This document shows positions 10,591-21,814 of a DNA stretch of 64,000 nucleotides, piece after piece. Both the position numbers and the translations under genes were made by a program. Source of the DNA: Myxococcota bacterium (GTDB lineage Bacteria > Myxococcota_A > UBA9160 > SZUA-336); NCBI GenBank assembly GCA_965247115.1, contig CBDFGR010000002.1, positions 736,001 to 800,000 of the forward strand, read 5' to 3'. Under the pieces are notes generated by a model that was not told the DNA's origin, ran no database searches, and saw only the letters and a list, made by a program, of their open reading frames with translations. Numbering within the stretch: position 1 is the first letter of the stretch; each line of letters begins with the position of its first letter.

Positions 10591-11144
10591 ACTCGTTCCT
10601 CACACCGCTCCGGACGTACCTGGCGGGACTCTCGCCCCGCGAGAGCTGGCTGCTCATCCTGGGGGTCTGTCTCCTGGGCGCCATCGTCTTCGACCTGTTC
10701 CTGATCCGTCCGATGAGCGCCCGCGCCGAGCTGGCCGAAGCAAAGACCGTGCAGCTGGAGCGAGACGTGGCGCGGGCGCTGCGCATCGCAGGCGAGGTCC
10801 GCTTGCTGCAGGGAGAGCTCGTTAGCGTCGAGAAGCGGATCCGATCGGGCGAGCGGACGAACCTTCTCTCCGAGCTGGAGAAGCTGGCGGCGGATGCCGC
10901 GATCGGCGACGGGCAGCTCGAGTCGATCAAGGAGCGCGGGGCGTCTGCCAACCCACGCTACCCCGAGACGCGCGTAGAGGTCTCGTTGAAGGGGACGACC
11001 GTGCAGCAGACGGTGGACTACCTGTACCGGATCGAGACGGCCCCCATACTGCTGATCATCCGCTCGCTACGGGTGAAGGCCCGCGGCGGGGACGAGCAGC
11101 TGGTCGACGTGCAGTTCTCGGTCTCGACCTTCGAGCGCACCTAG
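10587..11144 (+). CDS. gspM: Type II secretion protein M
   Basis: LSPRE before a single TM helix; follows gspL. Confidence 0.8.
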   Translation: MNSFLTPLRTYLAGLSPRESWLLILGVCLLGAIVFDLFLIRPMSARAELAEAKTVQLERDVARALRIAGEVRLLQGELVSVEKRIRSGERTNLLSELEKLAADAAIGDGQLESIKERGASANPRYPETRVEVSLKGTTVQQTVDYLYRIETAPILLIIRSLRVKARGGDEQLVDVQFSVSTFERT

Positions 11145-11155
11145 CGGCGCTCGCC

Positions 11156-11845
11156 ATGAGTGCCGCAAGTCCCACCCGGGGACTCCTCATCGATGCCGTG
11201 GGTACGCTGATCCGGCTGCGAGAGCCGCCGGGAGCCGTGTACACGCGCATCGCGATGCGACATGGCGTCGAGCGCGAGCAGGGCGATGTCGCTGCCCGCC
11301 TGGGCGAGCAGCGCATCACTCCCCCTCCGCTCGACGGAGTTCCGCTGGCTGATGTTCCGGGGCGCGAGAGAGCGGCCTGGCGCGAGATCGTTCGGGGGGC
11401 CCTCGGAAGCGTCGCTGCGGATGGACCCTGCTTTGCGGAGCTGTTCGATTTCTACGCGGGCCACGCTGCCTGGGTGGTCGAGGAGGGAGCCCCGAAGGCC
11501 CTCCTCCGGGCACGCAACCAGGGCTTTCGCGTGGGAGTGGTCTCGAACATGGATTCTCGCCTGCAGGGTCTTGTGCGGGAGCTCGGCCTTGCACCGGCGC
11601 TCGATGCAATCGTGCTTCCGTCGAACACGGGCCTCGCGAAGCCCGACCCACGAATCTTCCAGGTCGCGCTCGAGCGTCTGGGGAGCGCGGCGGGCCTGGC
11701 GCTCTACATCGGAGACCGCGAGAAGGACTGCGTCGCTGCCGCTCGCGCATCCGGCCTGCGCGGGCTGCGCTATGCACGCGGAGAAGCCTCGTCGGACCCC
11801 ACGCTGCTGACGGACTGGCGCATGCTGCAGGCTCACCTGACCTGA
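11156..11845 (+). CDS. HAD-superfamily hydrolase (REG-2-like)
   Basis: DAVGTL, VVSNMD, KPDPRIF, IGD motifs. Confidence 0.85.
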   Translation: MSAASPTRGLLIDAVGTLIRLREPPGAVYTRIAMRHGVEREQGDVAARLGEQRITPPPLDGVPLADVPGRERAAWREIVRGALGSVAADGPCFAELFDFYAGHAAWVVEEGAPKALLRARNQGFRVGVVSNMDSRLQGLVRELGLAPALDAIVLPSNTGLAKPDPRIFQVALERLGSAAGLALYIGDREKDCVAAARASGLRGLRYARGEASSDPTLLTDWRMLQAHLT

Positions 11846-11857
11846 TACCCTGCTGGC

Positions 11858-12724
11858 ATGGACTCCATGCAGGGCATGAAGCTGCCCGACAGCGAGCGCT
11901 GGTCACCCCGCGTCGTCGTGGTGCGAGGGTTGAATCCGGGACCCTTTACCGGGCCCGGCACGAACACCTACCTCCTGGGGACGGGAGCCGAGCGGCTACT
12001 ACTGGACACAGGCTCCGGGGTGAGCGGCTATCTCGAGCTGCTGGAAACAGCGCTCCAGGAGATCTGCGACGACGCGCGGCTCGGCGAGATCCTCGTAACG
12101 CACACGCACCCCGATCACCTGGGCGGCGCGCCTGGCGTGCTCGAGCGTTTCGGCGAGCGCAGCGTCTCGAAAATGCCCTGGCCCGAGCGCGATCGGCACG
12201 TGTCGGTAGAGATCGTGCCGATCGGCGACGGGGACCGCTTCGAAACCGACGGGGTCACGCTGCGAGCGCTCCACACTCCCGGTCACGCGCAGGATCACCT
12301 CTGCTACTACCTGGAGGAGGAGCGCGCGCTCTTCACCGGTGATGTTGTGCTGGGCGCGGGAACCACCGTCATCCCGCTCGATGGCGGAGACATGGCGCTC
12401 TACATGGACACGCTCCGACGAATGCTGGACCTAGATCTGGAACGTATCTATCCGGGTCATGGACCGTACATCTCGAAGCCCAAGGAGAAGATCCAGGAGT
12501 ACATTGACCACCGGCTCGAGCGCGAGCAGCAGATCGTAGCGGCCGCAGCGAGCGGAGCCTCGACGGTCGAGCAGATGGTGGAGCTGATCTACACAGACAC
12601 GCCCCGCTACCTGTATCCCGCGGCCGGACAGTCCGTTCTGTCGCACCTGCTCAAGCTGCAGGTGGAGCGGCGGGCTTCGCGCACGACCGATGCAGGGGGC
12701 GAAGAACACTGGGCCATTGCCTGA
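11858..12724 (+). CDS. MBL-fold metallo-hydrolase (LACTB2-like)
   Basis: NPGPFTGPGTNTY, THTHPDHLGG, TPGH, FTGD, YPGHG. Confidence 0.9.
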   Translation: MDSMQGMKLPDSERWSPRVVVVRGLNPGPFTGPGTNTYLLGTGAERLLLDTGSGVSGYLELLETALQEICDDARLGEILVTHTHPDHLGGAPGVLERFGERSVSKMPWPERDRHVSVEIVPIGDGDRFETDGVTLRALHTPGHAQDHLCYYLEEERALFTGDVVLGAGTTVIPLDGGDMALYMDTLRRMLDLDLERIYPGHGPYISKPKEKIQEYIDHRLEREQQIVAAAASGASTVEQMVELIYTDTPRYLYPAAGQSVLSHLLKLQVERRASRTTDAGGEEHWAIA

Positions 12725-13442
12725 GCCGAACCTCCCGGACGCGATCCTCCTCGAGCAGCTCGGCTCGACCGACCGAAGCAGACAGCGCAGCGCCTGCTCA
12801 GCCCTCGCCGAACGCCTTGGCGAGCGCCCCGAGCTCAGAGAGGCTCTCCTGTCGACCGTTCGCGAGGGGACTCCACTCGCGCGCTTTGCCGCCGCCTTCG
12901 TTCTCTTCGGAGCCGAGCGCCCGACCCTGCGGCTGCTGCCTGCGCTGCTCGATGCGCTCGAGCTCGAGGACGGCGATATTCGCTGGCAGGCGACACACAT
13001 GCTCGCCACGCTGGGCCACCTGCAGGGGGAGGTGCTCCCCGTGGTTGTGCACGAGGCCAGGAACGCGCCGAGTCCCCTTCGGCGCCGCATGGCGCTCTAC
13101 ACGCTCCGCGAGCTCGCGCCAGATCGGGAGGAGACCGCGGCGGCCTGCGCGGACGCCCTCGACGATCCCATTGCGGAGGTGCGGCGCGCCGCACTCACCT
13201 GTTTCGGAAAGCTCAGCGGCGCCGGACGCGAGGCGTTGGAGCGCGTGCTCGGGATCGCGACCAGCCACTCCGACCCTCGCATGCAGAGCCTCGCGGCAGT
13301 CGCGCTGCCAAACCTGCTCCGCGCTCACCCCGAGGCGGGTCCAGCCGTGAGGGAGCTGTTGCGCGGACTCAGCCGCTCCGACCAGCCTTCCGTGGCGCGC
13401 GCCGGCGTCCAGGCTCAGGGGCGACTCGACGAGAACAGTTGA
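12717..13442 (+). CDS. HEAT-repeat protein
   Basis: Repeated L.D.D..VR..A helical motifs. Confidence 0.7.
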   Translation: MPEPNLPDAILLEQLGSTDRSRQRSACSALAERLGERPELREALLSTVREGTPLARFAAAFVLFGAERPTLRLLPALLDALELEDGDIRWQATHMLATLGHLQGEVLPVVVHEARNAPSPLRRRMALYTLRELAPDREETAAACADALDDPIAEVRRAALTCFGKLSGAGREALERVLGIATSHSDPRMQSLAAVALPNLLRAHPEAGPAVRELLRGLSRSDQPSVARAGVQAQGRLDENS

Positions 13443-13478
13443 ATTCCGCCCGGAAGGGTTCGAGTATCTGAGTTGGCA

Positions 13479-14066
13479 ATGGGAGACGTTGCACCCAGAC
13501 TCGTGCTCGCAAGCTCTTCGCCGCGACGGTACGACTTGCTGAGCTCGGAGGGCTTCGAATTTCTCGTCGCCGAGCCGAACGTGGACGAGTCGGCCCCGGC
13601 GAGCGAGCTTCCCGAGCGGACGGCCGCGCGCCTCGCTCTCACGAAGGCCCGCTCCGTGGCGGAGCGAGTGGGCCCCGAGAGCTGCGTGCTGGCCGCAGAC
13701 ACCATCGTCGTGGTGGACGACCACGTCATGGGAAAGCCGCGGGATGAGGAAGAGGCAATCCACATGCTGCTGCGCCTCGCGGGCCGAACCCATCGCGTAA
13801 TCACCGGCTACGTCGCGCTGCTGGACGGGAGCCCGGCAGAGTCGGGCGTGGAGGTGAGCCGGGTGCGCATGCGCACGGTGACCAGCGAAGAAGCGCGCGC
13901 CTATGCGGCGACGGGTGAGCCGCTCGACAAGGCCGGCGCCTACGCGGTACAGGGAGTCGGCGGGCGCTTCGTGGAACACATCGACGGATCGCGCTCCAAC
14001 GTGATCGGCCTCCCGCTCGAGGTCGTGGTCCCAGCACTACGGCGACTCGGCGTGGACCCGACATGA
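13479..14066 (+). CDS. maf: Maf-family nucleotide pyrophosphatase
   Basis: LVLASSSPRR, ADTIV, GKP, DKAGAY, SNVIGLP. Confidence 0.95.
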   Translation: MGDVAPRLVLASSSPRRYDLLSSEGFEFLVAEPNVDESAPASELPERTAARLALTKARSVAERVGPESCVLAADTIVVVDDHVMGKPRDEEEAIHMLLRLAGRTHRVITGYVALLDGSPAESGVEVSRVRMRTVTSEEARAYAATGEPLDKAGAYAVQGVGGRFVEHIDGSRSNVIGLPLEVVVPALRRLGVDPT

Positions 14067-14770
14067 GTGGGATCGGCGCGCGAGCCGAGGCGCTGCGCAA
14101 ACGGATCGAGACGGCCGCGCGTGAGGCGGGCCGCGATCCTGCGGACGTTCAGCTGCTGGCAATCTCCAAGACCTTTCCCGCCGAGCGGGTGCTCGAGGCG
14201 AGCGCGGCCGGCCTGCGGTCGTTCGGTGAGAACCGCGTGCAGGAAGCAGAGAACAAGATCCTCGAGGTTCGGGCCGCGGCGAAACCGCGCCTGGACTGGC
14301 ATCTGGTGGGTCAGCTCCAGCGCAACAAGGCACAACGCGCCGTCGAGCTCTTCGACTGGATCCACTCCGTCGATCGCCCGGCGCTCGCGACCGCGCTCGA
14401 ACGGCACGCGGAAAGGTTGCAGCGGCGACCGCGGGTCTTCCTCCAAGTGAACGTGGACGAGGAGGAGCAGAAGGCCGGCGTGGCCCCGAACGAGCTGGCG
14501 CAGCTGGCCGAGCACGTCGACGCCATGGCCCACCTGGAGCTGGTCGGGCTCATGGCCATTCCGCAGGCGTGCGACGATCCCGAGCAGGTGCGACCCTCCT
14601 TCGCGCGACTGCGCGAGCTGCTGCAGCAGCTGAACCAGGGCCGCGCGGAGGAAGCCCGCTTGACCGAGCTCTCCATGGGCATGTCCGCGGACTTCGAGGC
14701 GGCGATCCGCGAGGGAGCCACCTGGGTTCGGGTCGGCAGCGCCATCTTCGGGGAGAGGGTACAGAGATGA
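14063..14770 (+). CDS. yggS: PLP homeostasis protein
   Basis: AISKT, FGENRVQE, WHLVGQLQRNK, LSMGMSADFE. Confidence 0.95.
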   Translation: MSGIGARAEALRKRIETAAREAGRDPADVQLLAISKTFPAERVLEASAAGLRSFGENRVQEAENKILEVRAAAKPRLDWHLVGQLQRNKAQRAVELFDWIHSVDRPALATALERHAERLQRRPRVFLQVNVDEEEQKAGVAPNELAQLAEHVDAMAHLELVGLMAIPQACDDPEQVRPSFARLRELLQQLNQGRAEEARLTELSMGMSADFEAAIREGATWVRVGSAIFGERVQR

Positions 14771-15579
14771 GCCGTCTGCCGGAGTCTGTCGGGACGATCG
14801 GAGGGGGGAACATGGCCGAGGCCCTGTTGCGCGGGCTGCTGCGTGCGGGAATGAAGCCGACACAGCTCTGCGCTTCCGATCCCGTTGCCGCGCGGCGCAA
14901 CCTGCTGAACGACGCGCTCGCCGTGCGCATCACGGAAGACAACCTCGAGCTTGCCAGCAGCTGCGAGGTCGTGGTGCTCGCCGTCAAGCCCGACGTCGTC
15001 GACGCCGCGGTTCGGGGGCTCCCGGCCGAGGGCGGGCCGCTCTTCGTCTCGATCGTGGCCGGACGCTCCACCGCCAGCCTGCGCGCGGTACTTCCGCGCG
15101 GAGCCCGAGTCGTTCGCGCCATGCCCAACACTCCGGCCCTCGTCTCCGCCGGCATCAGCGCCCTGGCGGACGACTCGGGCGCCAGCGGGGAGGATCTCGA
15201 GCGCGCCGAAGGTGTCCTGGGCGCGATAGGTCGCGTGCTCCGCCTTCCCGAGACGTGCATGGACGCTGTGACGGGACTCTCTGGCTCTGGGCCAGCCTAC
15301 GTGTACGAGTTTGTCGAGGCTCTGAGCGAAGCGGGCGTCCGCGAGGGCCTGCCCGTCGCAGCAGCTCGGGAGCTGGCGCTGGAGACGGTGCTTGGCGCAG
15401 CGCAGCTCGTGAAGGAGTCGGGCGAGCACACCGCTGTGCTCAGGGACAGGGTCACGTCTCCTGGCGGCACGACCGTCGCGGGTCTCGCCGCGCTCGAGCA
15501 AGCGGGCTTCCGGGCGGCGCTACTGGCGGCCGTTCGCGCCGCGACCGCGCGCTCGAGAGAGCTCGCCGGCGATTCCTGA
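14767..15579 (+). CDS. proC: Pyrroline-5-carboxylate reductase
   Basis: IGGGNMA, RAMPNTP, GLSGSGPAY, VTSPGGTT. Confidence 0.95.
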   Translation: MSRLPESVGTIGGGNMAEALLRGLLRAGMKPTQLCASDPVAARRNLLNDALAVRITEDNLELASSCEVVVLAVKPDVVDAAVRGLPAEGGPLFVSIVAGRSTASLRAVLPRGARVVRAMPNTPALVSAGISALADDSGASGEDLERAEGVLGAIGRVLRLPETCMDAVTGLSGSGPAYVYEFVEALSEAGVREGLPVAAARELALETVLGAAQLVKESGEHTAVLRDRVTSPGGTTVAGLAALEQAGFRAALLAAVRAATARSRELAGDS

Positions 15580-15625
15580 AAGCGCTCAAGCCCCGCCCGC
15601 TTCAGGCCGATCCTGCCTGCCAGAG

Positions 15626-16138
15626 ATGCGTCTCACACCTATCGAGATCCGCCGCCACCAGTTCAAGTCCCGGCTGCGGGGCTTCGATCGCGCCGAGGTC
15701 GAGGCCTTCCTCGACACCGTGGTGGCCGATTTCGAGGAGGTGGTGCGGGAGAACGCGCAGCTGCAACGCGAGTCCGAACGGCTCGCCCGCGAGCTCGACA
15801 CCTACCAGAGCCGTGAGAAGACGATTCAGGAGACACTGACCACCGCTCAGGGAATCGTGGAGCAGATCAAGCGAACCGCCTCCAAGGAGGCCGAGTCCAT
15901 CGTGGTCGAGGCGGAGCTGCGTGCGGAGAAGCTGCTCCGGGACACCCGCGATCGCCGCGCCGAGCTATCCCACGAGGTAACCGAGCTCCGCCACCTCCGT
16001 ACCCGCCTGGACACGGACCTCCGCAAAACGCTCGACACCTACACCCGCATGATCGAAGCCTTCCGCGACTCCCGCCGCCCCAAGGCCACAAGACCCCCCA
16101 CTCCCGCCAACCGCCCACGGCGCGCCCCGGAAACCTGA
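15626..16138 (+). CDS. divIVA: DivIVA-domain protein
   Basis: LTPIEI...F....RGFDRAEVEAFL followed by coiled coil; yggS-proC context. Confidence 0.85.
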   Translation: MRLTPIEIRRHQFKSRLRGFDRAEVEAFLDTVVADFEEVVRENAQLQRESERLARELDTYQSREKTIQETLTTAQGIVEQIKRTASKEAESIVVEAELRAEKLLRDTRDRRAELSHEVTELRHLRTRLDTDLRKTLDTYTRMIEAFRDSRRPKATRPPTPANRPRRAPET

Positions 16139-16255
16139 TTCCTGCCCGGGGCGTTTCCCGCTCCCCGACGGCGCGGGGGAGTCGAATTGACTCACCCCAC
16201 TCTCGGGCTTACTCTGCCGCCCCGGTCTGAGTAGCCCCCCGGAGTTCCCCACCTC

Positions 16256-16612
16256 ATGCCCACGTACGAATACGAGTGCACCAAAGGTCATCAGTTCGAG
16301 GTCGAGCAACGGATTACGGACGAGCCCCTAACCCGTTGCCAGTCTTGCCGTTCCAAGGTGACGCGTTTGATCTCGGCCAGCACCTTCATCCTCAAGGGTG
16401 GAGGCTGGTACGCAGACGGCTACGGTACGTCGAAAGCCAAGGGGAGCGAGTCCGGTGAGTCGTCCTCCTCGAGCCCAAGCTCGAGCTCGTCAGACAGCAC
16501 GTCGACTTCCTCCGACAGCTCCACGAGCTCCTCCGACAGCTCGCCGAGCTCCTCCGACAGCTCCACGAGCTCGTCCGGTACCGCTAGCGGGTCCTCCACC
16601 AACGAGTCGTAG
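16256..16612 (+). CDS. FmdB-family zinc-ribbon protein with Ser-rich tail
   Basis: MPTYEYEC..GH.FE, C..C, LKGGGWY. Confidence 0.9.
   Translation: MPTYEYECTKGHQFEVEQRITDEPLTRCQSCRSKVTRLISASTFILKGGGWYADGYGTSKAKGSESGESSSSSPSSSSSDSTSTSSDSSTSSSDSSPSSSDSSTSSSGTASGSSTNES
16510..16572 (+). repeat. Three tandem 21-bp repeats in the Ser-rich tail
   Basis: ctccgacagctccacgagctc x3 (middle copy has 2 substitutions). Confidence 0.85.
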
Positions 16613-16660
16613 GACACGCTCCGGCTACAATCCCCACAGCAGCTCGGGAGGTCGCGGGGG

Positions 16661-17512
16661 GTGACCACAGTCGTCAGCGGAAGGACGCTTGCGGAAGAGA
16701 TTCGCAGTTCCGTGCGCGAGCGTGCGCTGGCCCTCGAGGGAGGTCCCGCGTGTCTCGCAACGGTCATCGCGGGCGACGATCCCGCCTCCAAGCTCTACGT
16801 CCGCAACAAGGGGAAAGCAGCCCGAGACTGCGGCCTCGAGTCGCGCCTGGTCGAGCTGCCTGGAGGGATCTCCGAGTCCGAGCTGATCCAGGAGGTAGGC
16901 CGCCTCAACGGGGATCCGGGGATCCATGGGATCCTGGTCCAGCTCCCCCTCCCGGAAGGGACGAGCCCCGCCAACGTGGCCGCGGCGATTCAGCCGGAGA
17001 AGGACGTCGACGGCCTCCACCCCACGAACGCGGGTCTCCTGCTCAAGAACGAGCCGTGCCTTGCTCCCTGCACACCCCTCGGCTGTCTCTTCGTCCTCGA
17101 TCGACACTCGATCCCGATCGAAGGTGCGGAGGCCGTTGTGATCGGACGCAGTGAGATCGTGGGCAAGCCCGTGAGCATGCTCCTGCTGCACGGAAACGCA
17201 ACGGTGACCGTCTGCCACTCCCGTACGCGCGACCTGGCCTCGGTCGTACGCCGGGCAGACATCGTCATCGCAGCGGTCGGCGTCCCAAAGCTTGTGAAGG
17301 GCAACTGGATCAAGCCGGGGGCCGCCGTGATCGATGTGGGCATGAACCGGCTCGATGGCAAGCTGGTCGGCGACGTGGACTTCGACGCGGCGAACGGCGT
17401 TGCGGGATTGCTGACGCCGGTGCCGGGCGGTGTGGGCTTGTTGACGATCGCGATGGTGCTGCGAAACACGCTCACCGCATTCGAGTCTCAGAGCCCCAAA
17501 CGAAGCGCGTGA
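16661..17512 (+). CDS. folD: Methylenetetrahydrofolate dehydrogenase/cyclohydrolase
   Basis: YVRNK, GILVQLPLP, KDVDG, PCTP, GRSEIVGKP, TPVPGGVG. Confidence 0.97.
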   Translation: MTTVVSGRTLAEEIRSSVRERALALEGGPACLATVIAGDDPASKLYVRNKGKAARDCGLESRLVELPGGISESELIQEVGRLNGDPGIHGILVQLPLPEGTSPANVAAAIQPEKDVDGLHPTNAGLLLKNEPCLAPCTPLGCLFVLDRHSIPIEGAEAVVIGRSEIVGKPVSMLLLHGNATVTVCHSRTRDLASVVRRADIVIAAVGVPKLVKGNWIKPGAAVIDVGMNRLDGKLVGDVDFDAANGVAGLLTPVPGGVGLLTIAMVLRNTLTAFESQSPKRSA

Positions 17513-18609
17513 GCGAGGGACTCTCGCACACGCCGTTGTTCGCCCGACACCGCGAGGCGGGCGCCAAGCTGGCCCCGTTCGCCGGCTTCGAGATGCCGGT
17601 CGTCTACAACTCCATCGTCCTTGAGCACCAATCCGTCCGAAACCAGGCGGGGCTCTTCGACGTATCCCACATGGGCGAGATCCGCCTGGTCGGCGCCGAT
17701 GCTGCCGCTCTCGCGCAGCGGCTATTCACAAACGACGTCCAGAGCATGCAGCCCGGCCGCGTTCGCTACGGCATGCTGCTGGACGAGGACGGCGGGGTCA
17801 TCGACGATGTGACGCTCTATCGGGTAAGCGAACAGGAGCTGTTCTTCTGCGTCAATGCGGCGAACACGGCGAACGACCACGCCTGGATGCGCGACGTGCT
17901 GCGTTCGGCGCGGCTCGCGTGCCAGATCGAGGACGAGAGCGCCGAGACCGCGCTGCTCGCGCTGCAGGGTCCCGCCGCGATCGGCATCATCGTAGACCTG
18001 CTGCCGGACGGCGAGACGCCTCCGCGGCGCTGGCGCTACAGGCGCACGGAGCTCGCGGGTATCTCGGTGGGTATTTCGCGCACGGGCTACACCGGAGAGG
18101 ACGGGGTGGAGATCTACGTGCGTGCACAGGATGCCGTCCGGCTCTGGGATCGGCTGCTGGATGCGGGCGAGCTCACGCCGACGCCTGCAGGTCTCGGTGC
18201 GCGCGACACGCTGCGCCTGGAGATGGGCTACCCCCTCTACGGGCACGAGCTCGACCGCGCACACACGCCAATCGAGGCAAACCTGGAGCGCTTTGTCGCA
18301 TTCGGGACCGGCTTCATCGGCGAGGAGGCACTCGTGCGAGCCCGAAACTCCGGCCCGCGGCAGCTCCTCGTCGGCCTTGTGCTCCAAGGGCGCCAGGTGG
18401 CGAGAGCAGGCTTTCCGCTCCTCGCCGGGGACGCCCAGGGCATAGTGACCAGTGGCAGCTACGGTCCCAGCGTCGAGCGATCGATTGCGATGGGCTACGT
18501 TCCCGCCGAGTCGGCGCAGCCCGGAGCCAGCATCCTTGTCGAGGTGAGAGGTCGGCACGTGCCGTGCGAGGTGGTCGGGCTGCCCTTCTTCAGCAGGAAG
18601 AGAGGATGA
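17509..18609 (+). CDS. gcvT: Glycine cleavage system T protein
   Basis: [31 protein letters not shown]. Confidence 0.97.
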   Translation: MSEGLSHTPLFARHREAGAKLAPFAGFEMPVVYNSIVLEHQSVRNQAGLFDVSHMGEIRLVGADAAALAQRLFTNDVQSMQPGRVRYGMLLDEDGGVIDDVTLYRVSEQELFFCVNAANTANDHAWMRDVLRSARLACQIEDESAETALLALQGPAAIGIIVDLLPDGETPPRRWRYRRTELAGISVGISRTGYTGEDGVEIYVRAQDAVRLWDRLLDAGELTPTPAGLGARDTLRLEMGYPLYGHELDRAHTPIEANLERFVAFGTGFIGEEALVRARNSGPRQLLVGLVLQGRQVARAGFPLLAGDAQGIVTSGSYGPSVERSIAMGYVPAESAQPGASILVEVRGRHVPCEVVGLPFFSRKRG

Positions 18610-19013
18610 CGGAGCACACACTCAAGTTCCCCGAGGACTGTCGATACTCGGAGTCGGACGAGTGGGTTCGCATCGATGGTGCCCTGGCTCGCATCGGCGT
18701 TTCTGATTACGCCCAGTTCGAGCTGTCGGACGTGGTGTTCGTGGAGCTTCCCGAGATCGGAGCGCGGCTCGAGGTGGGTGCGGCGTTCGGGGTGGTGGAG
18801 TCTGTCAAGGCTGTGAGCGATCTCGTGGCGCCCATCAGCGGCGAGGTCGTCGAGGTCAACGAGACGCTCGATGAGCACCCGGAGTGGGTGAACGAGGATC
18901 CGTACGGCCGCGGCTGGATACTCGCCATCGCTCCGGAGGAGCCCAACGCGATCGACGGCCTGCTGTCGGCGGAGGAGTACCGCGCCTCGGTCAAGTCGCG
19001 CGCGGATCATTGA
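18606..19013 (+). CDS. gcvH: Glycine cleavage system H protein
   Basis: Lipoyl motif [18 protein letters not shown]. Confidence 0.97.
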   Translation: MTEHTLKFPEDCRYSESDEWVRIDGALARIGVSDYAQFELSDVVFVELPEIGARLEVGAAFGVVESVKAVSDLVAPISGEVVEVNETLDEHPEWVNEDPYGRGWILAIAPEEPNAIDGLLSAEEYRASVKSRADH

Positions 19014-20332
19014 GCTATCTGCCGCACACCGATGACGAAGTCCGGACGATGCTCGACCGGATCGGTCTGGAGCGTAGCGAGGACCTGTTCGCCGCGGTTC
19101 CCGAGAACCTGCGACGCCGCGCCGGGCTCAAGCTCGCGCCCGAGCTGGACGAGCCTGCGCTGCTGAAATACTTCGCCGCCCAGGCCGCTCGCAACGTCTC
19201 GGTTCGGACGAACGCGAGCTTCCTCGGAGCCGGCGTCTATCACCACTTCATCCCCTCGAGCGTCGGTGCGCTGGCCTCGCGCGGCGAGTTCATGACAGCC
19301 TACACGCCGTATCAAGCCGAGATCAGCCAGGGAACGCTGCAAGCCATCTACGAGTTCCAGACCATGCTCTGCCAGCTCCTGGCACTCGATGTCGCGAACG
19401 CGTCGCTCTACGACGGAGCCTCGGCCACCGCGGAGGCGGCGCTGATGGCAATGCGCGTCACGCGGCGCCAGGTCATCTACATCGCCCAAGGCGTACACCC
19501 GCACTACAGAAAGGTCGTCGAGACGTACACGCGCGGTCTCGGCGCCGAGCTGGAACTGCTGCCCCTCGGTGAAGACGGACGCACGCAGCTCCCGAACTCG
19601 CTTCCCGACGAGTCCGCGGCCGTGATCTTGCAATCTCCGAACTTCTACGGCTGCATCGAGGACCTGGCGGCCGCTGCAGAGAAGGCGCACACCGCCGGCG
19701 CGCTGGCGATCTCCACCACCACGGAGGCGCTCGCGCTGGCGCTGCTCGAAGCACCGGGAACGCTCGGGGTGGACATCGCCTGCGGCGAGGCGCAGTCCTT
19801 CGGCGTCCCGATCTCGTTCGGCGGGCCCCACGTGGGCTTCATGGCCGCGCGGGCCAGGCTCGTTCGCAATCTGCCAGGACGTCTGATCGGCGAGACCGTG
19901 GACAGCGACGGCCAGCGCGCGTTCGTCATGACGCTGACCACTCGCGAGCAACACATTCGCCGCGAGCGAGCGACGAGCAACATCTGCACGAACCAGGCAC
20001 TCATGGCCCTGCGGGTCACGATCTTCCTCGCGCTCATGGGCAGGCGGGGCCTGCGCCGACTCGCCGAGATGAACCATGCGCTCGCGTGCTACGCGAAGCG
20101 CGAGCTGACGCTGGCGGGACTCCGACTTCCCTATGCAGCAGCCGCGTTCAACGAGTTCGTCGTCGAGGTTCCCCAGCTCGCCGAGCGCCTGCGCCGCTGC
20201 CAGGAGCAGGGCATCCAGCCAGGCGTAGCGCTCGATGAGCTCGGCGACGCAACCGACCGTCTGCTGGTCTGCACGACCGAGATGAACGATCGCGAGGAGA
20301 TCGATCGCCTCGTGCGCGAGCTGGCTGCGTGA
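19010..20332 (+). CDS. gcvPA: Glycine dehydrogenase subunit 1
   Basis: [34 protein letters not shown]. Confidence 0.97.
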   Translation: MSYLPHTDDEVRTMLDRIGLERSEDLFAAVPENLRRRAGLKLAPELDEPALLKYFAAQAARNVSVRTNASFLGAGVYHHFIPSSVGALASRGEFMTAYTPYQAEISQGTLQAIYEFQTMLCQLLALDVANASLYDGASATAEAALMAMRVTRRQVIYIAQGVHPHYRKVVETYTRGLGAELELLPLGEDGRTQLPNSLPDESAAVILQSPNFYGCIEDLAAAAEKAHTAGALAISTTTEALALALLEAPGTLGVDIACGEAQSFGVPISFGGPHVGFMAARARLVRNLPGRLIGETVDSDGQRAFVMTLTTREQHIRRERATSNICTNQALMALRVTIFLALMGRRGLRRLAEMNHALACYAKRELTLAGLRLPYAAAAFNEFVVEVPQLAERLRRCQEQGIQPGVALDELGDATDRLLVCTTEMNDREEIDRLVRELAA

Positions 20333-21813
20333 GCACGCCGGGGCGCAGCGGGCTCGTGTTCGAAGAGCCGCTCCTCTTCGAGCGTTCCCGGCGCGGCCGG
20401 GCGCACGTCCCGATCGCACACCCCGACGTACCTTCCGTCGACCCGGAGGTCTCCATCGGCGCTGGGCTGGTACGTCAAGACATTCCCGACTTCCCGGAGC
20501 TGTCCGAGCCGGAGGTGGTGCGCCACTTCACGCGCTTGTCGCAGTGGAACTACGGAATCGACTCCGGGCTCTTCCCGCTGGGCTCATGCACGATGAAATA
20601 CAACCCGAAAGTGAACGAGACGGTTGCCGCCTTGCCCGGAATCGTCGACGTCCACCCCCTGAGCCGGGCAGAGGACCTGCAGGGAATCCTCGCCCTGGCC
20701 TTCGAGCTCGAGCAGGCGCTCGCCGAGATCTCCGGGCTCGATCGGGTCACGCTGCAGCCGGCCGCGGGTGCGCAGGGCGAGCTGGTTGGAATGATGATGA
20801 TCCAGGCCTATCACCGCTCCAGGGGAGAGGAGCGGCGCACGAAGGTGCTGATCCCCGACACCGCGCACGGCACCAACCCGGCCAGCGCGGCGCTGACCGG
20901 CATGCAGGTCGTCGAGGTGAAGAGCAACGACAACGGCATCCTGGACCCCGACGCGGTCGCGGCCCTGCTCGACGACCGCACGTCGGCGCTGATGCTCACG
21001 AACCCGAATACGCTCGGGCTCTTCGAGACCCACGCGGAGCGCCTCGCCGAGCTCACCCACCGGGCCGGCGGATTGGTCTACCTGGACGGCGCGAACCTGA
21101 ACGCGCTCATGGGGGTCGCGAAGCCAGGGCACATGGGCGTGGACATCATGCACTTCAACCTGCACAAGACGTTCTCGACGCCCCACGGCGGCGGCGGCCC
21201 TGGGGCCGGTCCCGTGGGGGTTCGCAATCTGCTGGCGCCTTTCCTCCCGATCCCGGTGATTCAGCGCGAGCACGAGCGCTACCGGCTGGACGAGGACTTT
21301 CCACTCTCCGTCGGTCGGGTCCACGGGTTCTTCGGAAACGCAGGGGTCTGGATTCGAGCGCTCGCCTACATCCGCACCTTGGGAGCGCGCGGGCTCGGGC
21401 TGGTCACGGAGCGTGCCGTCCTCAACGCAAGGTACCTGTTGGCCGCACTCCGTTCCTCCTACCACGTCCCCCACGACCAGCCGATCATGCACGAGTGCGT
21501 GCTCAGCGACAGGCACCAACAGGCGACTGGCGTCACGACGGCCGACATCGCGAAGAGACTGATGGACTACGGGTACCATCCGCCGACCATCTACTTCCCT
21601 TTGGTCGTCGCAGGAGCGATGATGATCGAGCCGACGGAGTGCGAGTCACTCGAGTCCCTCGACGGTTTCATCGAGGCCATGAATCGTATAGCCGAAGAAG
21701 CCAGGACAGACCCGGAGCAAGTGACGGGCGCACCGACCCGGCCGATCGTGCGCAGGCTGGACGAGGTGCGAGCCGCCCGCAAGCCGAAGCTGCGCTGGAT
21801 GCCGGAGGATTGA
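20329..21813 (+). CDS. gcvPB: Glycine dehydrogenase subunit 2
   Basis: PLGSCTMKYNP, AHGTNPASA, NLHKTFSTPHGGGGPG. Confidence 0.97.
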   Translation: MSTPGRSGLVFEEPLLFERSRRGRAHVPIAHPDVPSVDPEVSIGAGLVRQDIPDFPELSEPEVVRHFTRLSQWNYGIDSGLFPLGSCTMKYNPKVNETVAALPGIVDVHPLSRAEDLQGILALAFELEQALAEISGLDRVTLQPAAGAQGELVGMMMIQAYHRSRGEERRTKVLIPDTAHGTNPASAALTGMQVVEVKSNDNGILDPDAVAALLDDRTSALMLTNPNTLGLFETHAERLAELTHRAGGLVYLDGANLNALMGVAKPGHMGVDIMHFNLHKTFSTPHGGGGPGAGPVGVRNLLAPFLPIPVIQREHERYRLDEDFPLSVGRVHGFFGNAGVWIRALAYIRTLGARGLGLVTERAVLNARYLLAALRSSYHVPHDQPIMHECVLSDRHQQATGVTTADIAKRLMDYGYHPPTIYFPLVVAGAMMIEPTECESLESLDGFIEAMNRIAEEARTDPEQVTGAPTRPIVRRLDEVRAARKPKLRWMPED

Positions 21814-21814
21814 G

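Noticed and set aside
16510..16572. Ser-rich tandem repeat as a phase-variable locus
   Set aside because: In-frame 21-bp units in a low-complexity tail, common in FmdB-family proteins
16138..17509. Glycine riboswitch before the gcv genes
   Set aside because: gcvT overlaps the folD stop and I found no riboswitch consensus in the upstream intergenic gaps
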